Notes: generated from the letters alone by a model not told the origin. A stretch of DNA of 12,354 bases from Octopus sinensis (GCF_006345805.1 NW_021826662.1:1-12354), one strand, 5' to 3'; shown: positions 1-8,473, numbered from the stretch's first letter. A program made the numbers and translations.

Positions 1-108
1 AGTACTGGGCTTACAAAGAATAAGTCCTGGGGTCGATTTGCTCGACTAAGGCGGTGCTCCAGCATGGCCGCAGTCAAATGATTGAAACAAGTAAAAGAGT
101 AAAAAGAG
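1..108 (+). mobile_element. 3' end of tRNA-SINE family A (cut by window start)
   Basis: Near-identical to 10261-10375; ends in a (GTAAAAGA)n tail. Confidence 0.85.
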
Positions 109-374
109 GGTAGAGAGTAGCAAGTAACTCAGTAAGGTCAATAGTTATAAGTTCATGACGCATAGAAGCACGTAAGACATCAAGGTTAACTAAGGTATAA
201 ATAATAGTTATGCCTTTTTTGCCGGAAAGCTAATTGGGCTCCCGATCCACTGAAATGGAAGAGGTTAGGTTCAGAACACAACTAAGCCTTAAACTAAAAC
301 CTTGACTAACCTTACGGAAGGGGGCTCGGGAGCCTCTAATAAGCAGCTGCTAATCCTGATCTATCACTAACCCA

Positions 375-697
375 GTGAGGGCGCGTGGCTTAGTGGTTAG
401 GGCATTCGGCTCATGATCGTAAGGTTGTGAGTTCGATTCCCGGCGACGCGTTGTGTCCTTGAGCAAGACACTTTATTTCACGTTGCTCCAGTCCACTCAG
501 CTGGCAAAAATGAGTTGTACTTGTATTTCAAAGGGTCAGCCTTGTCACTCTCTGTGTCACGCTGATTATCCCCGAGAACTACGTTAAGGGTACACGTGTC
601 TGTGGAATGCTCAGCCATTTGCACGTTAATTTCACGAGCAAGCTGTTCCGTTGATTGTTTCAGCTGGGACCCTCGTTGTCGTAACCGGCGGAGTCTT
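375..697 (+). mobile_element. Full-length tRNA-derived SINE (family B1) with 13-bp target-site duplication
   Basis: A box TGGCTTAGTGG, B box GAGTTCGATTCC, CORE-like GTGTCCTTGAGCAAGACACTT. Perfect TSD TATCACTAACCCA at 362-374 and 698-710. Confidence 0.88.
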
Positions 698-914
698 TAT
701 CACTAACCCATCCTAGGGGTTCTAAATGACATGGCTGCAGAGGAAATTGGCTGTGGAGATGTGCATGGTGAGTTTGTTTCAGAGGGGGATGACTGCATTG
801 GATAAAGGACCATCGGAGAATGTAGCTTTGGAGATCCTAACTTGTTAATTATTCCCTGCTTTTCTTAAATCAAAAAAGTGTGCATGTTTGAAAGCCAAAA
901 CACATGATAATGCG

Positions 915-1077
915 TGTATATATATATATATATATACAACAGGCTTCTTTCAGTTTCCATCTACCAAAACCACTCACAAGGCTGAAGACACTTGCCCAAG
1001 GTGTCACGCAGTGGGATTGAACCCAGAACATGTGGTTGGGAAGCAAGGCTACTTATGACACAGCCACTGCAATGCCT
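915..1077 (-). mobile_element. 5' half of SINE family A (internally deleted)
   Basis: Reverse complement aligns to 9960-10140 (agtggctgtgt..ggttcaatcccactgcgtgacaccttgggcaagtgtcttc..ggaaactgaaagaagcc). Confidence 0.8.
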
Positions 1078-1183
1078 ATATATATTTATATATATATATA
1101 GTTATATATATATATATATAATATATATTATATATATATATATATATATACATATATATTATATATATACATATTATATTATA

Positions 1184-1219
<36 letters not shown>

Positions 1220-1270
1220 GATATATATACATTATATATAATATATATATATATATATAATACATATATT

Positions 1271-1312
<42 letters not shown>

Positions 1313-1328
1313 ATATATATAATTATAG

Positions 1329-1381
<53 letters not shown>
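1077..1381. repeat. Imperfect (TA)n microsatellite, about 300 bp
   Basis: Direct reading; source of the YIYI ORFs 992..1279 and 1232..1456. Confidence 0.97.
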
Positions 1382-1427
1382 GTTCCTAAACTTGCCTGCT
1401 TGGTTCTGCTTGGATTGGATGGCCACT

Positions 1428-1648
1428 AGGTGGTGAGCTGGCAGAAATGTTAGCATGACGGGTGAAATGCCTAGTGGTATTTTGTCTGTTGTTATGTTCT
1501 GAGTTCAAATTTCACCGAGGTCGACTTTACCTCTCGTCCTTTCAGGGTCGATAAAAGAAGTACCAGTTATGCACTGGGGTCGATTCAATCGACTCAATCA
1601 TTTTGCTTGTCCCCTGTGTTTAGCTCCTTGTGGGCAATAAAGAAATAA
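1428..1648 (+). mobile_element. SINE family C
   Basis: Head aggtggtgagctggcagaa, B-box-like GAGTTCAAAT, body gggtcgataaaagaagtaccag..cactggggtcga shared with 11372-11511, tail aataaagaaataa. Confidence 0.78.
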
Positions 1649-1915
1649 ATATTATCATATTGTTATTTACTGGTCAATATCTCTATCCACTCAGTTGGCA
1701 AACATGAGTAGTCCTGTGGCAGACCAGCATCTTGTCCACGTGTAGAATTTGTATGCCATGAAGCCATCAACCCACCCTTTATGTGTCTGCATGGCTCGAG
1801 AAGGTAACTGACAGGCTCAGATTGAAGAATCTATTTTTGTGATTCTTCTCTGTGAAATTCTAATCTTAACATCCATAGTGCTGGTGCTGCAGACCTCTCA
1901 TTGAAGATATATAAC

Positions 1916-2160
1916 TTAAGTTAAGTTAATTTTTGGGCTCAAAAAGTAAAAAGCAAGCCCATATAGGGGGACATGGAGTTATGTACAGGGTGGTGTTCAT
2001 GCAAAGAGTTCAGGCCATTTGTGGTCAAGGGAGACTTTGAACCAAGAGGTCGTCGGCATCTTCACTATCTCATCCAGCAGCTTATTCCACGGATCCGCAA
2101 CCCGGACGGAGAAAGCCCCTCTCCTTCGATTGAGATGAAATCGTCGCAGATAAAGCTCCC
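1916..2160 (-). mobile_element. 5'-truncated CR1/L2-clade LINE 3' end
   Basis: Minus frame LYLRRFHLNRRRGAFSVRVADPWNKLLDEIVKMPTTSWFKVSLDHKWPELFA* matches the CR1 ORF2 C-terminal pattern (RRxFFSxRVxxxWNxLPxxVVxAxxxxxFKxxLD). Followed by a short 3' UTR and (TTAAC)n-type tail at 1916-1929. 5' boundary approximate. Confidence 0.85.
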
Positions 2161-2239
2161 GGTTCAATGGGGATTTCAAGGGAGAGTTTCAGGGAGTCGC
2201 TGGCGATGTATCGTGATGATCAAAAATCCGACCTGCTAA

Positions 2240-2774
2240 AATTTGGTTAAAGTGATTCAAACTGCAGACTCAATGCAAAATGGTCACATTTAATTCAAAG
2301 CGTTAAAAATGTTATGAAAACAATTGGTATGTGTTCACAAAGTCCAAACAATTAATACGAAAAAACCCTCCAGGCTACATCCTGAAAATTCATTTCTTTG
2401 CCGAATTTCTACAATGTTTACGGCAATTCATTTTTATATCTTGATTTTTTTATTTTTCATGCAATTTACGCATGCTTGCACACGTGGTGAACACAGTTCA
2501 CGTCAAACAGCTGACTGAGTAAAGTTCACTATTCAATGCATGTGATAAGGCCTAAACAAACACATTATCGATTTTTGCACTTGCGAGATGAATTTCGGAA
2601 CAGAAATAGTACAGTTCAATTTTCATTCGCCTAAACTTTAAGTGACCCATTTTTGATGGTTCTACGATTTTTTGGCTAGAAGGAGATGTGCCGGGAAGTT
2701 AACACACAGACACACACACAGACACACACACAGACACACACACAGACACACAAGTTGAGTTTTATATTTATAGA
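2240..2774 (-). mobile_element. Non-autonomous Helitron-like element, 5' end only
   Basis: Minus strand reads A|TCTATAAATATAAAACTCAACTTGTGTGTCTG.., the same 5' motif as 10725, 11235 and 12077, followed by a (TGTC/TG)n tract. No 3' hairpin-CTAG found; left boundary uncertain. Confidence 0.6.
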
Positions 2775-2794
2775 TTCTCTTTCATTTATTTCAG

Positions 2795-2995
2795 CTTGTT
2801 GGTGCTGCTCTGGTTGGCATTGGAATCTGGGCATATATTGAGAAGACCCATTTCAACCATGCACAAATTGAAAATATCTACGATGCCATTTTTGATATTT
2901 CACTCATCTTTATCATCCTTGGAATAATTATCTTTATCTTAGGTCTTACCGGATATATTGGTGCTTTGAGGGAAAATATCTGTCTTTTGTATTGT
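2795..2995 (+). CDS. Tetraspanin (TspanC8 / Tspan5-14-15-17-33-like), internal exon encoding end of TM1, EC1, TM2 and inner loop
   Basis: Acceptor tttatttcAG at 2793-2794 and donor GTAAGT at 2996-3001. 201 nt, phase 0/0, open frame: LVGAALVGIGIWAYIEKTHFNHAQIENIYDAIFDISLIFIILGIIIFILGLTGYIGALRENICLLYC. GxGxWA and GALREN..LL are typical TspanC8 motifs. Missed by the ORF track because it has no ATG. Confidence 0.93.
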
Positions 2996-3074
2996 GTAAG
3001 TATTTCCTCGTGGCTTTCATTTTTTTGGAGGGTGGTGGGGTTCCGTCTATTGTCTTCCTTTTCTTCCTCTTATT

Positions 3075-3209
3075 CATCATCATCATCATTGTTGTTTTAA
3101 CATCTACTTTTCCATGATGTCATGGGTGGGACAAAATTTGTTGGGATGGATTTTCTACACCAGGATGCCCTTCCGGTTGCCAACCCTCACCTATTCTGAA
3201 GCAAGTTAA
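3075..3209 (-). mobile_element. 3' fragment of (GAT)n-tailed retroelement family D
   Basis: (CAT)n followed by ttaacatc.acttttccatg..ggatgcccttcc..gccaacc, shared with 5531, 6066 and 7593. Confidence 0.75.
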
Positions 3210-3267
3210 CATTGTGAATAAATAAGGGGTTACATTTTGGAGAATAACCTGAATGCTAAAGGGTTAA
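3210..3267 (+). mobile_element. Internally deleted copy (right end) of the piggyBac-type MITE at 4482
   Basis: tgtgaataaataag..ttacattt..ctgaatgctaaaggg|TTAA matches 4653-4705; bounded on the left by TTAA at 3206-3209. Confidence 0.7.
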
Positions 3268-3274
3268 TAATTCG

Positions 3275-3648
3275 TTTATTCTTTTACTTGTTTCAGTCAT
3301 TTAACTGCGACCATACTGGAGCACCACCTTAAAGGGTTTTAGTCAAAGAAATCGACCCCAGGACTTATTCTTTGCAAGCCTAGTACTTATTCTGTTGGTC
3401 TCTTTTGCCGAACCGCTAGGTTACAGGAACATAAACACACCAGACATCAGTTGTCGAGTGATGGTGGGGGGATGAACACAAACACACAAATACATACATG
3501 AATACACACACACATGCATATCACTCACAAAGCTTTGTTCAGCCTGGGCCCTAGAACTATTGTAGAAAACTTCCTAAGGTGCCACACAGCAGAACTGAAC
3601 CTGGAAGTATGTAATTGGGAAACAAACTTCTTACCACTTGGCCATGCC
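3275..3648 (-). mobile_element. Diverged near-full-length SINE family A
   Basis: Reverse complement colinear with 9960-10375 from head to tail. Confidence 0.8.
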
Positions 3649-3739
3649 ATGTATACACATAGATAATCATGAGTTTTATTAAGAAAAAAAATCACATGCA
3701 ATATGTTTTGTGAACTGTGACCTGGGTTTGAAATTCACA

Positions 3740-3740
<1 letters not shown>

Positions 3741-3783
<43 letters not shown>

Positions 3784-3875
3784 CACACACACACACACAC
3801 ACAAACACATACACGCAAAGACACACACACACATGCAAACACACACACACACGCAAACACACACACACACATGCA

Positions 3876-3907
<32 letters not shown>

Positions 3908-4187
3908 ACATGCACACACACACACACACACACACACGCAAACACACACACCCGCGCACGCGCAAACACACACACACCCGCGCACGCGCAAACACACACA
4001 CACACACACACACGCAAACACACACACACACACACACACACACCCGCGCAAAGACACACACACACATGCACACACACACACACACACACACACACGCAGA
4101 CACACACACCCGCGCACGCGCAAACACACACACACACCACACACACACACACATGCACACACGCAGACACACAAGCATGCACACACA
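3741..4187. repeat. Compound (CA)n microsatellite with repeated CCCGCGCACGCGCAAA interruptions
   Basis: Direct reading; source of the HTHT and VCVC ORFs. Confidence 0.97.
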
Positions 4188-4481
4188 GAATTAAATAACT
4201 GAGTGTGTGGGATGGGTGAGTCATATTGTTATGACCAACCTGTATATCTACATAAACATGAATGCCCTGAAAAAATATCTCTATAGAGCAATGCACTGAA
4301 GCAAATACAGTGACTTGAGCAGGAGAGGGTGCGTTACCAACCGCATGCACCTGTGATTGAGGTCATGAATCTGAACAGTTCACATATACACTGCAGGTAA
4401 TATGCACAGTTCTCTATTGGCTGGTTTTAATGTTCATTCAATGAAGCATGTAGTATTAGCAAATCAGCTATGGGGATTTAA

Positions 4482-4701
4482 CCCTTTAGTGTTTAAACCA
4501 GCCACATCCGGCCAAAATATTCTACCTGTTTTATGTTCAAACTAGTCAGATCTGGTCATTCATAGCTACCTTATTGTGTCATTTTAAAAATAAACAATCA
4601 CATCATTGAAATCTCAAAGTCATGAAATGATGCAAGATTAATTTTACAGGGTGTGAATATATAAGCTTTACATTTGACAGAAGAATCTGAATGCTAAAGG
4701 G
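4482..4701. mobile_element. piggyBac-type MITE, 220 bp
   Basis: TTAA at 4478-4481 and 4702-4705; TIRs CCCTTTAGTGTT.. / ..AATGCTAAAGGG. Confidence 0.85.
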
Positions 4702-4745
4702 TTAAAAGCACCTGTTAATCTGTTCATTCTAGATGTAGATTATAG

Positions 4746-5489
4746 AAACATTGTTATGATGCCTGTGGTTCTTACATGGACCACCAAAGCTAATGTGGGC
4801 CCTGGTTGAGAGCCTCTGGTATGAAAAAATGTTAGTCATACAGTAGTGTCCTTCATTTGTGACCTTCTGTGAAAGACATGTCCTGCCATGGGGATATATT
4901 AACCATTTTGTTGCCATATTTCTGTTGAGAAATGAAAGATGCTGGTTTCCTTAAGACGTGGCCTCTCCACTTTACATGCACAACAGTTTCTATACTTCCA
5001 CTGGCACCTGATCCCATTCTGCCCACAGTTCCTCAATTCTTAACTTATCCAACCATCTGATTTGAAGAATACACTTCAGACCATACATGTTTTTGATGAA
5101 GGTCTGATAGCTTCTGCAGTGTTTTTATTCTTTCTCCCTGTTCCTGTCCCATAGAGAAGAGTGGACTTCACATTAGAATTCAAGATATACAATTTAGTTT
5201 CTCTGGAAGCCCATAGGTTTTTTTGAAAATGAAGACCTCTGACTTTTCCCATTCTGGTTATGACATTTCTCCCTATGTCACTCTGTTTATCAGTTTTGGT
5301 ACCAAAACATTGTTATAATGCCTGTGGTTCTTACATGGACCACCAAAGCTCATGTGGGCCCTGGTTGAGAGCCTCTGGTATGAAAAAATGTTAGTCATAC
5401 AGTAGTGTCCTTCATTTGTGACCTTCTGTGAAAGACATGTCCTGCCATGGGGATATATTAACCATTTTGTTGCCATATTTCTGTTGAGA
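4746..5489. repeat. A-B-A' local duplication: 185-bp direct repeats (4746-4930, 5305-5489) around a copy of 6594-6969
   Basis: A and A' differ at 2 of 185 positions. B (4931-5307) matches 6594-6969 with about 12 differences. Confidence 0.95.
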
Positions 5490-5530
5490 TTCTCGGTGTT
5501 TCTTTCACTTAATTAATTTTTATTCACAAA

Positions 5531-5903
5531 CATTATCATTTAACATCCATTGTCCATGCTGGCATAGGTTGAGCAGTTTGACCAGGGCTGGCAAGCTGAA
5601 AGGCTACACCAGACTCCAGGCTGATTTGGCATGACTTCTATGGTTGGATGCCATTTCCTAATGCCAACCGTTCCAAGGGTATAATGGGTGCTTTTACATG
5701 CCACCAGCATGGGTACCATTTGTGTGACACAGGTACCTGCTACAGCTCTGAATCGGCTCGGTTCGGTGGGTCTTCTTCTCAAGCATGACATAATTCCAAA
5801 TGCCTCAATGAGGCCCAACATCCAAAAGAGACTTACTTCCATGAGGCCCAACACTCAAAAGGAACTCAGCCACTTTGCCTCTGTGAGGCCCAACACTCAA
5901 AAA
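5531..5903 (-). mobile_element. Family D retroelement copy with three internal TGAGGCCCAACACTCAAAA units
   Basis: Same (CAT)n-proximal sequence as 7593 and 3075; internal units at 5809, 5842 and 5884. Confidence 0.7.
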
Positions 5904-5914
5904 ATATAACTAAG

Positions 5915-6065
5915 AACTTAGTAAAATAACTTTGTTATCATTAAGCTAATGTTAGGAACATAAATCGTGATTGAGGTTTGGTGGAAGATTTTAATTCAGA
6001 ACTTTTGACAAGACATTTGTACTACAGAGCCAGCAGAGGTTTCAGGCAGGTTGGTACTAAAAGGG
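5915..6065. mobile_element. One end of a second piggyBac-type MITE
   Basis: Ends ..ggtactaaaaggg|TTAA (6066-6069); partner TIR not found; left boundary approximate. Confidence 0.55.
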
Positions 6066-6197
6066 TTAACTTGCTTGGGAATAGGTGAGGATTGGCAACT
6101 GAAAGGGTACCCAGTTGTAGAAAATCCACCTCAACAAATTCTATCCTACCCATGACATCATGGAAAAGTAGATGTTAAAACAACAATGATGATGATG
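6066..6197 (+). mobile_element. Family D 3' fragment, inverted relative to 3075-3209
   Basis: Reverse complement about 89% identical to 3048-3210; (GAT)n tail at 6187-6197. Confidence 0.75.
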
Positions 6198-6225
6198 AAT
6201 AAGAGGAAGAAAAGCTGGACAATAA

Positions 6226-7075
6226 ACTACTTACCATATTTTAACGTGTATAAGGAACCCCTTATTGTCAAGAATTAGGTAAAAAAATGTGGGAGTTTCT
6301 TATACATGGAGAGTATCATAATCCGTTACAAAACCCTTCTTCCAAATTTTAAACCCCATAAATTAGGGGGTTCCTCATACATGTTAAAATATGGTACTTT
6401 CTTACTCAGGCCTTTTGTTCCCTATGAAGCATAAGCTATCTATGTCTCTCCTCCACTCTTTTCAGTTCTGGGTCCTCTTTTTTCTGCTCCTCTCCAGTTG
6501 AATTCCTGCCTCAAAGTCCCATCTCCAGATAATTTTATAGCATCCTCTCTTACATCCCCTATGCAGAGTTTTCTGTCTCAGATTATGACACCCAATGAAA
6601 GATGCTGGTTTCCTTAAGACGTGGCCTCTCCACTTTACATGCACAACAGTTTCTATACTTCCACTGGCACTTGATCCCATTCTGCCACAGTTCCTCTATT
6701 CTTAACTTATCCAACCATCTGATTTGAAGAATACACTTCAGACCATACATGTTTTTTGATGAAGGTCTGATAGCTTCTGCAGTGTTTTTATTCTTTCTCC
6801 CTGTTCCTGTCCCATAGAGAAGAGTGGACTTCACATTAGAATTCAAGATATACAATTTAGTTTCTCTGAAAGCCCATATTGTTTTTGAGAATGAAGATCA
6901 CTGACTTTTCCCATTCTGGTTATGACATTTCTCCCTATGTCACCCTGTTTATCAGTTTTGGTACCAAAATAAGTAGAGGAGTCAACCTTCTCTATGGACT
7001 CACCATCTATTCTGACTGGGTTGTGAGAAAAAGTGCTGACCACCATAAAATTGGTCATTTCAAACACGGACCATA
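6226..7075 (-). mobile_element. 5'-truncated, frameshifted RTE-clade LINE, interrupted in its tail by the TA MITE
   Basis: Broken frames give NPVRIDGESIEKVDSSTYFG..DKQG, ILNSNVKSTLLYG, CILQIRW, KWRGHVLRKPAS and WRRDIDSLCFIGNK, which follow the RTE ORF2 C-terminus in order. (GTAA)-like tail. 5' boundary approximate. Confidence 0.88.
6234..6394. mobile_element. Tc1/mariner-type MITE, 161 bp
   Basis: TA at 6232-6233 and 6395-6396. About 29-bp TIRs CCATATTTTAACGTGTATAAGGAACCCCT / AGGGGGTTCCTCATACATGTTAAAATATGG with 2 mismatches. Confidence 0.87.
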
Positions 7076-7356
7076 GAAACATGTTACAATTAAAAGCTTC
7101 AAATCCTGCCAAATACGATGCAGAAAGATAATTATCTCCCTTATAATAGCTGCAACTATGCACACATATGCACATAGCTGCATGCACACGTACATGCATA
7201 TATATATATATATGTGTGTGTGTATGTGTGACATTGTTGATAGTTGCAACACTGACAACTGGTATTTTTGACTTTGCTAATTGTACTAGCAACATTGCTA
7301 ACTATATTTATAACGTCAATTGGTAGATGTGAAATAGTTTGCTTGCTTTTGTGACA

Positions 7357-7570
7357 GTGTGGACTAAGATCCCTATTGATAGACCACTGGTATTTATAGG
7401 GTGTTAAACACTTTCAGTATGCAAATTAGGGACTCCTTCGTAGAGTAGCTGCTGCATTTGTTTAGTATATATACAGGTTGGCTGCTTATTTCTCTGGAGG
7501 CTGTCAGAATGATGTAGACGCCTCTGATGAGGACCCAATAAGGTTCAAAAGTTGATTAAGGTTGTTTATC
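7357..7570 (+). mobile_element. Penelope-like (pLTR-type) repeat remnant carrying a hammerhead motif
   Basis: 7357-7476 recurs inverted at 9096-9215. TATATATA motif followed about 50 nt later by a hammerhead-shaped motif. Penelope assignment is inferred from the minimal ribozyme architecture only. Confidence 0.5.
7520..7562 (+). ncRNA. Degenerate minimal type I hammerhead ribozyme (G12A)
   Basis: Stem I GCCT/AGGT; core CTGATGA at 7524-7530; stem II GGACC-caataa-GGTTC; AAAA in place of GAAA; stem III A-GT-tg-AT-T; cleavage dinucleotide TA at 7557-7558. Confidence 0.6.
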
Positions 7571-7592
7571 ATTTTTTTTCAGTCTGCTTCTT

Positions 7593-7830
7593 CATCACCA
7601 TCATCATCAACATTTAATGACCATTTTCCATGCTGCCATTGGCTTGGACAGCTTGACAGGAACTGGCAAGACCAGGAGCAGCACTAGGCTCCATAGTCTG
7701 TTTTGGCTGGATTTTATGGCTAAATGTCCTTCCTAATGCCAACCATTATTCAGAGTGTACTGGGTGCTTTTTACATGGCACCATCACCAGTGCTTTTTAT
7801 GTGGCACCAATTTTTTATGTGGCACCAGTG
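7593..7830 (-). mobile_element. Family D retroelement 3' portion
   Basis: (CAT)n, ttttccatgctg..ccttcctaatgccaacc..gggtgctttttacatggcac; homologous to 5531-5710. Confidence 0.75.
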
Positions 7831-7970
7831 TTTTCCAAAAATTTACATTATTTTTTTGTTTGTTTTTAATTATATGTGTATATTCTTTCTTTTTTCTTCT
7901 TTCTTACCTGTTACCACCTCCAACACACGCACGCACACACACACACACCACACACATGCACGCACGCACT

Positions 7971-8061
7971 CATTCTCATCAACAAACACCACTTCCCCCA
8001 TCACCACCGTCTGCCTCATTCACATTACTCCCACCACACACATTCCTATACAATCATTACT

Positions 8062-8110
<49 letters not shown>

Positions 8111-8201
8111 CATTCTCATCAACAAACACCACTTCCCCCATCACCACCGTCTGCCTCATTCACATTACTCCCACCACACACATTCCTATACAATCATTAC
8201 T

Positions 8202-8243
<42 letters not shown>
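7971..8243. repeat. Tandem duplication of a 140-bp C/A-rich unit ending in (CA)n
   Basis: Copies start at 7971 and 8111; the non-microsatellite parts read identical. Confidence 0.93.
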
Positions 8244-8245
<2 letters not shown>

Positions 8246-8299
8246 GTTCCCACCCACCCCCATCACTACCACCACTACCACAAACGCCTTCACCCTCAG

Positions 8300-8473
8300 T
8301 TCAATATTCTCCTAGGTGGAATCTTTCTGTTCTTGTTTGGTGCTTCTGTGGCAGCATTTCTCCTGAAAGACAAATTCATAGGGAAACTCACAAGCATCTT
8401 CCAAGAGAATGTTATACCGAAATACACTGAAGATGATGACACGAAAAGTTTAGTTAATTGGATTCAAGAACAG
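8300..8473 (+). CDS. Tetraspanin, next internal exon (TM3 and start of EC2)
   Basis: Acceptor ccctcAG at 8298-8299 and donor GTGAGC at 8474. 174 nt, phase 0/0: FNILLGGIFLFLFGASVAAFLLKDKFIGKLTSIFQENVIPKYTEDDDTKSLVNWIQEQ. Joins in frame to the previous exon (LLYC|FNILL). AF..KD and Y.DD.D...L..W.QE resemble Tspan5-type AFVFKD..YRDDIDLQNLIDFTQE. Confidence 0.92.

Noticed and set aside
375-450. tRNA-like sequences here and at 8775-8844, 9840-9912 and 9960-10030
   Set aside because: SINE heads: A and B boxes present, but no complete cloverleaf, and each continues into SINE body.
726-773. ATG-initiated frame ending at a strong GTGAGT donor (MTWLQRKLAVEMCM|), in phase with the first tetraspanin exon
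   Set aside because: No resemblance to a tetraspanin N-terminus or TM1 (expected KY..F.FN..FW); a chance donor match is likely.
992-1456. ORFs with YIYI repeats
   Set aside because: Translations of the (TA)n microsatellite and SINE sequence.
3679-4350. Five overlapping 107-223 aa His/Thr- or Cys/Val-rich ORFs
   Set aside because: (CA)n/(TG)n contain no stop codons; not metallothionein-like or His-rich genes.
4729-5476. Twin ORFs MATKWLIYPHG..
   Set aside because: By-product of the A/A' duplication; no recognisable protein similarity.
5809-5902. Three 19-bp direct repeats with short spacers
   Set aside because: Unequal spacing (33 and 42 bp) inside a retroelement body; not an array.
8427-8446. 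CTGAAGA..GAAA hammerhead-like words inside the exon
   Set aside because: Intervening 9 nt cannot form stem II; explained by the codons for TEDDDTK.
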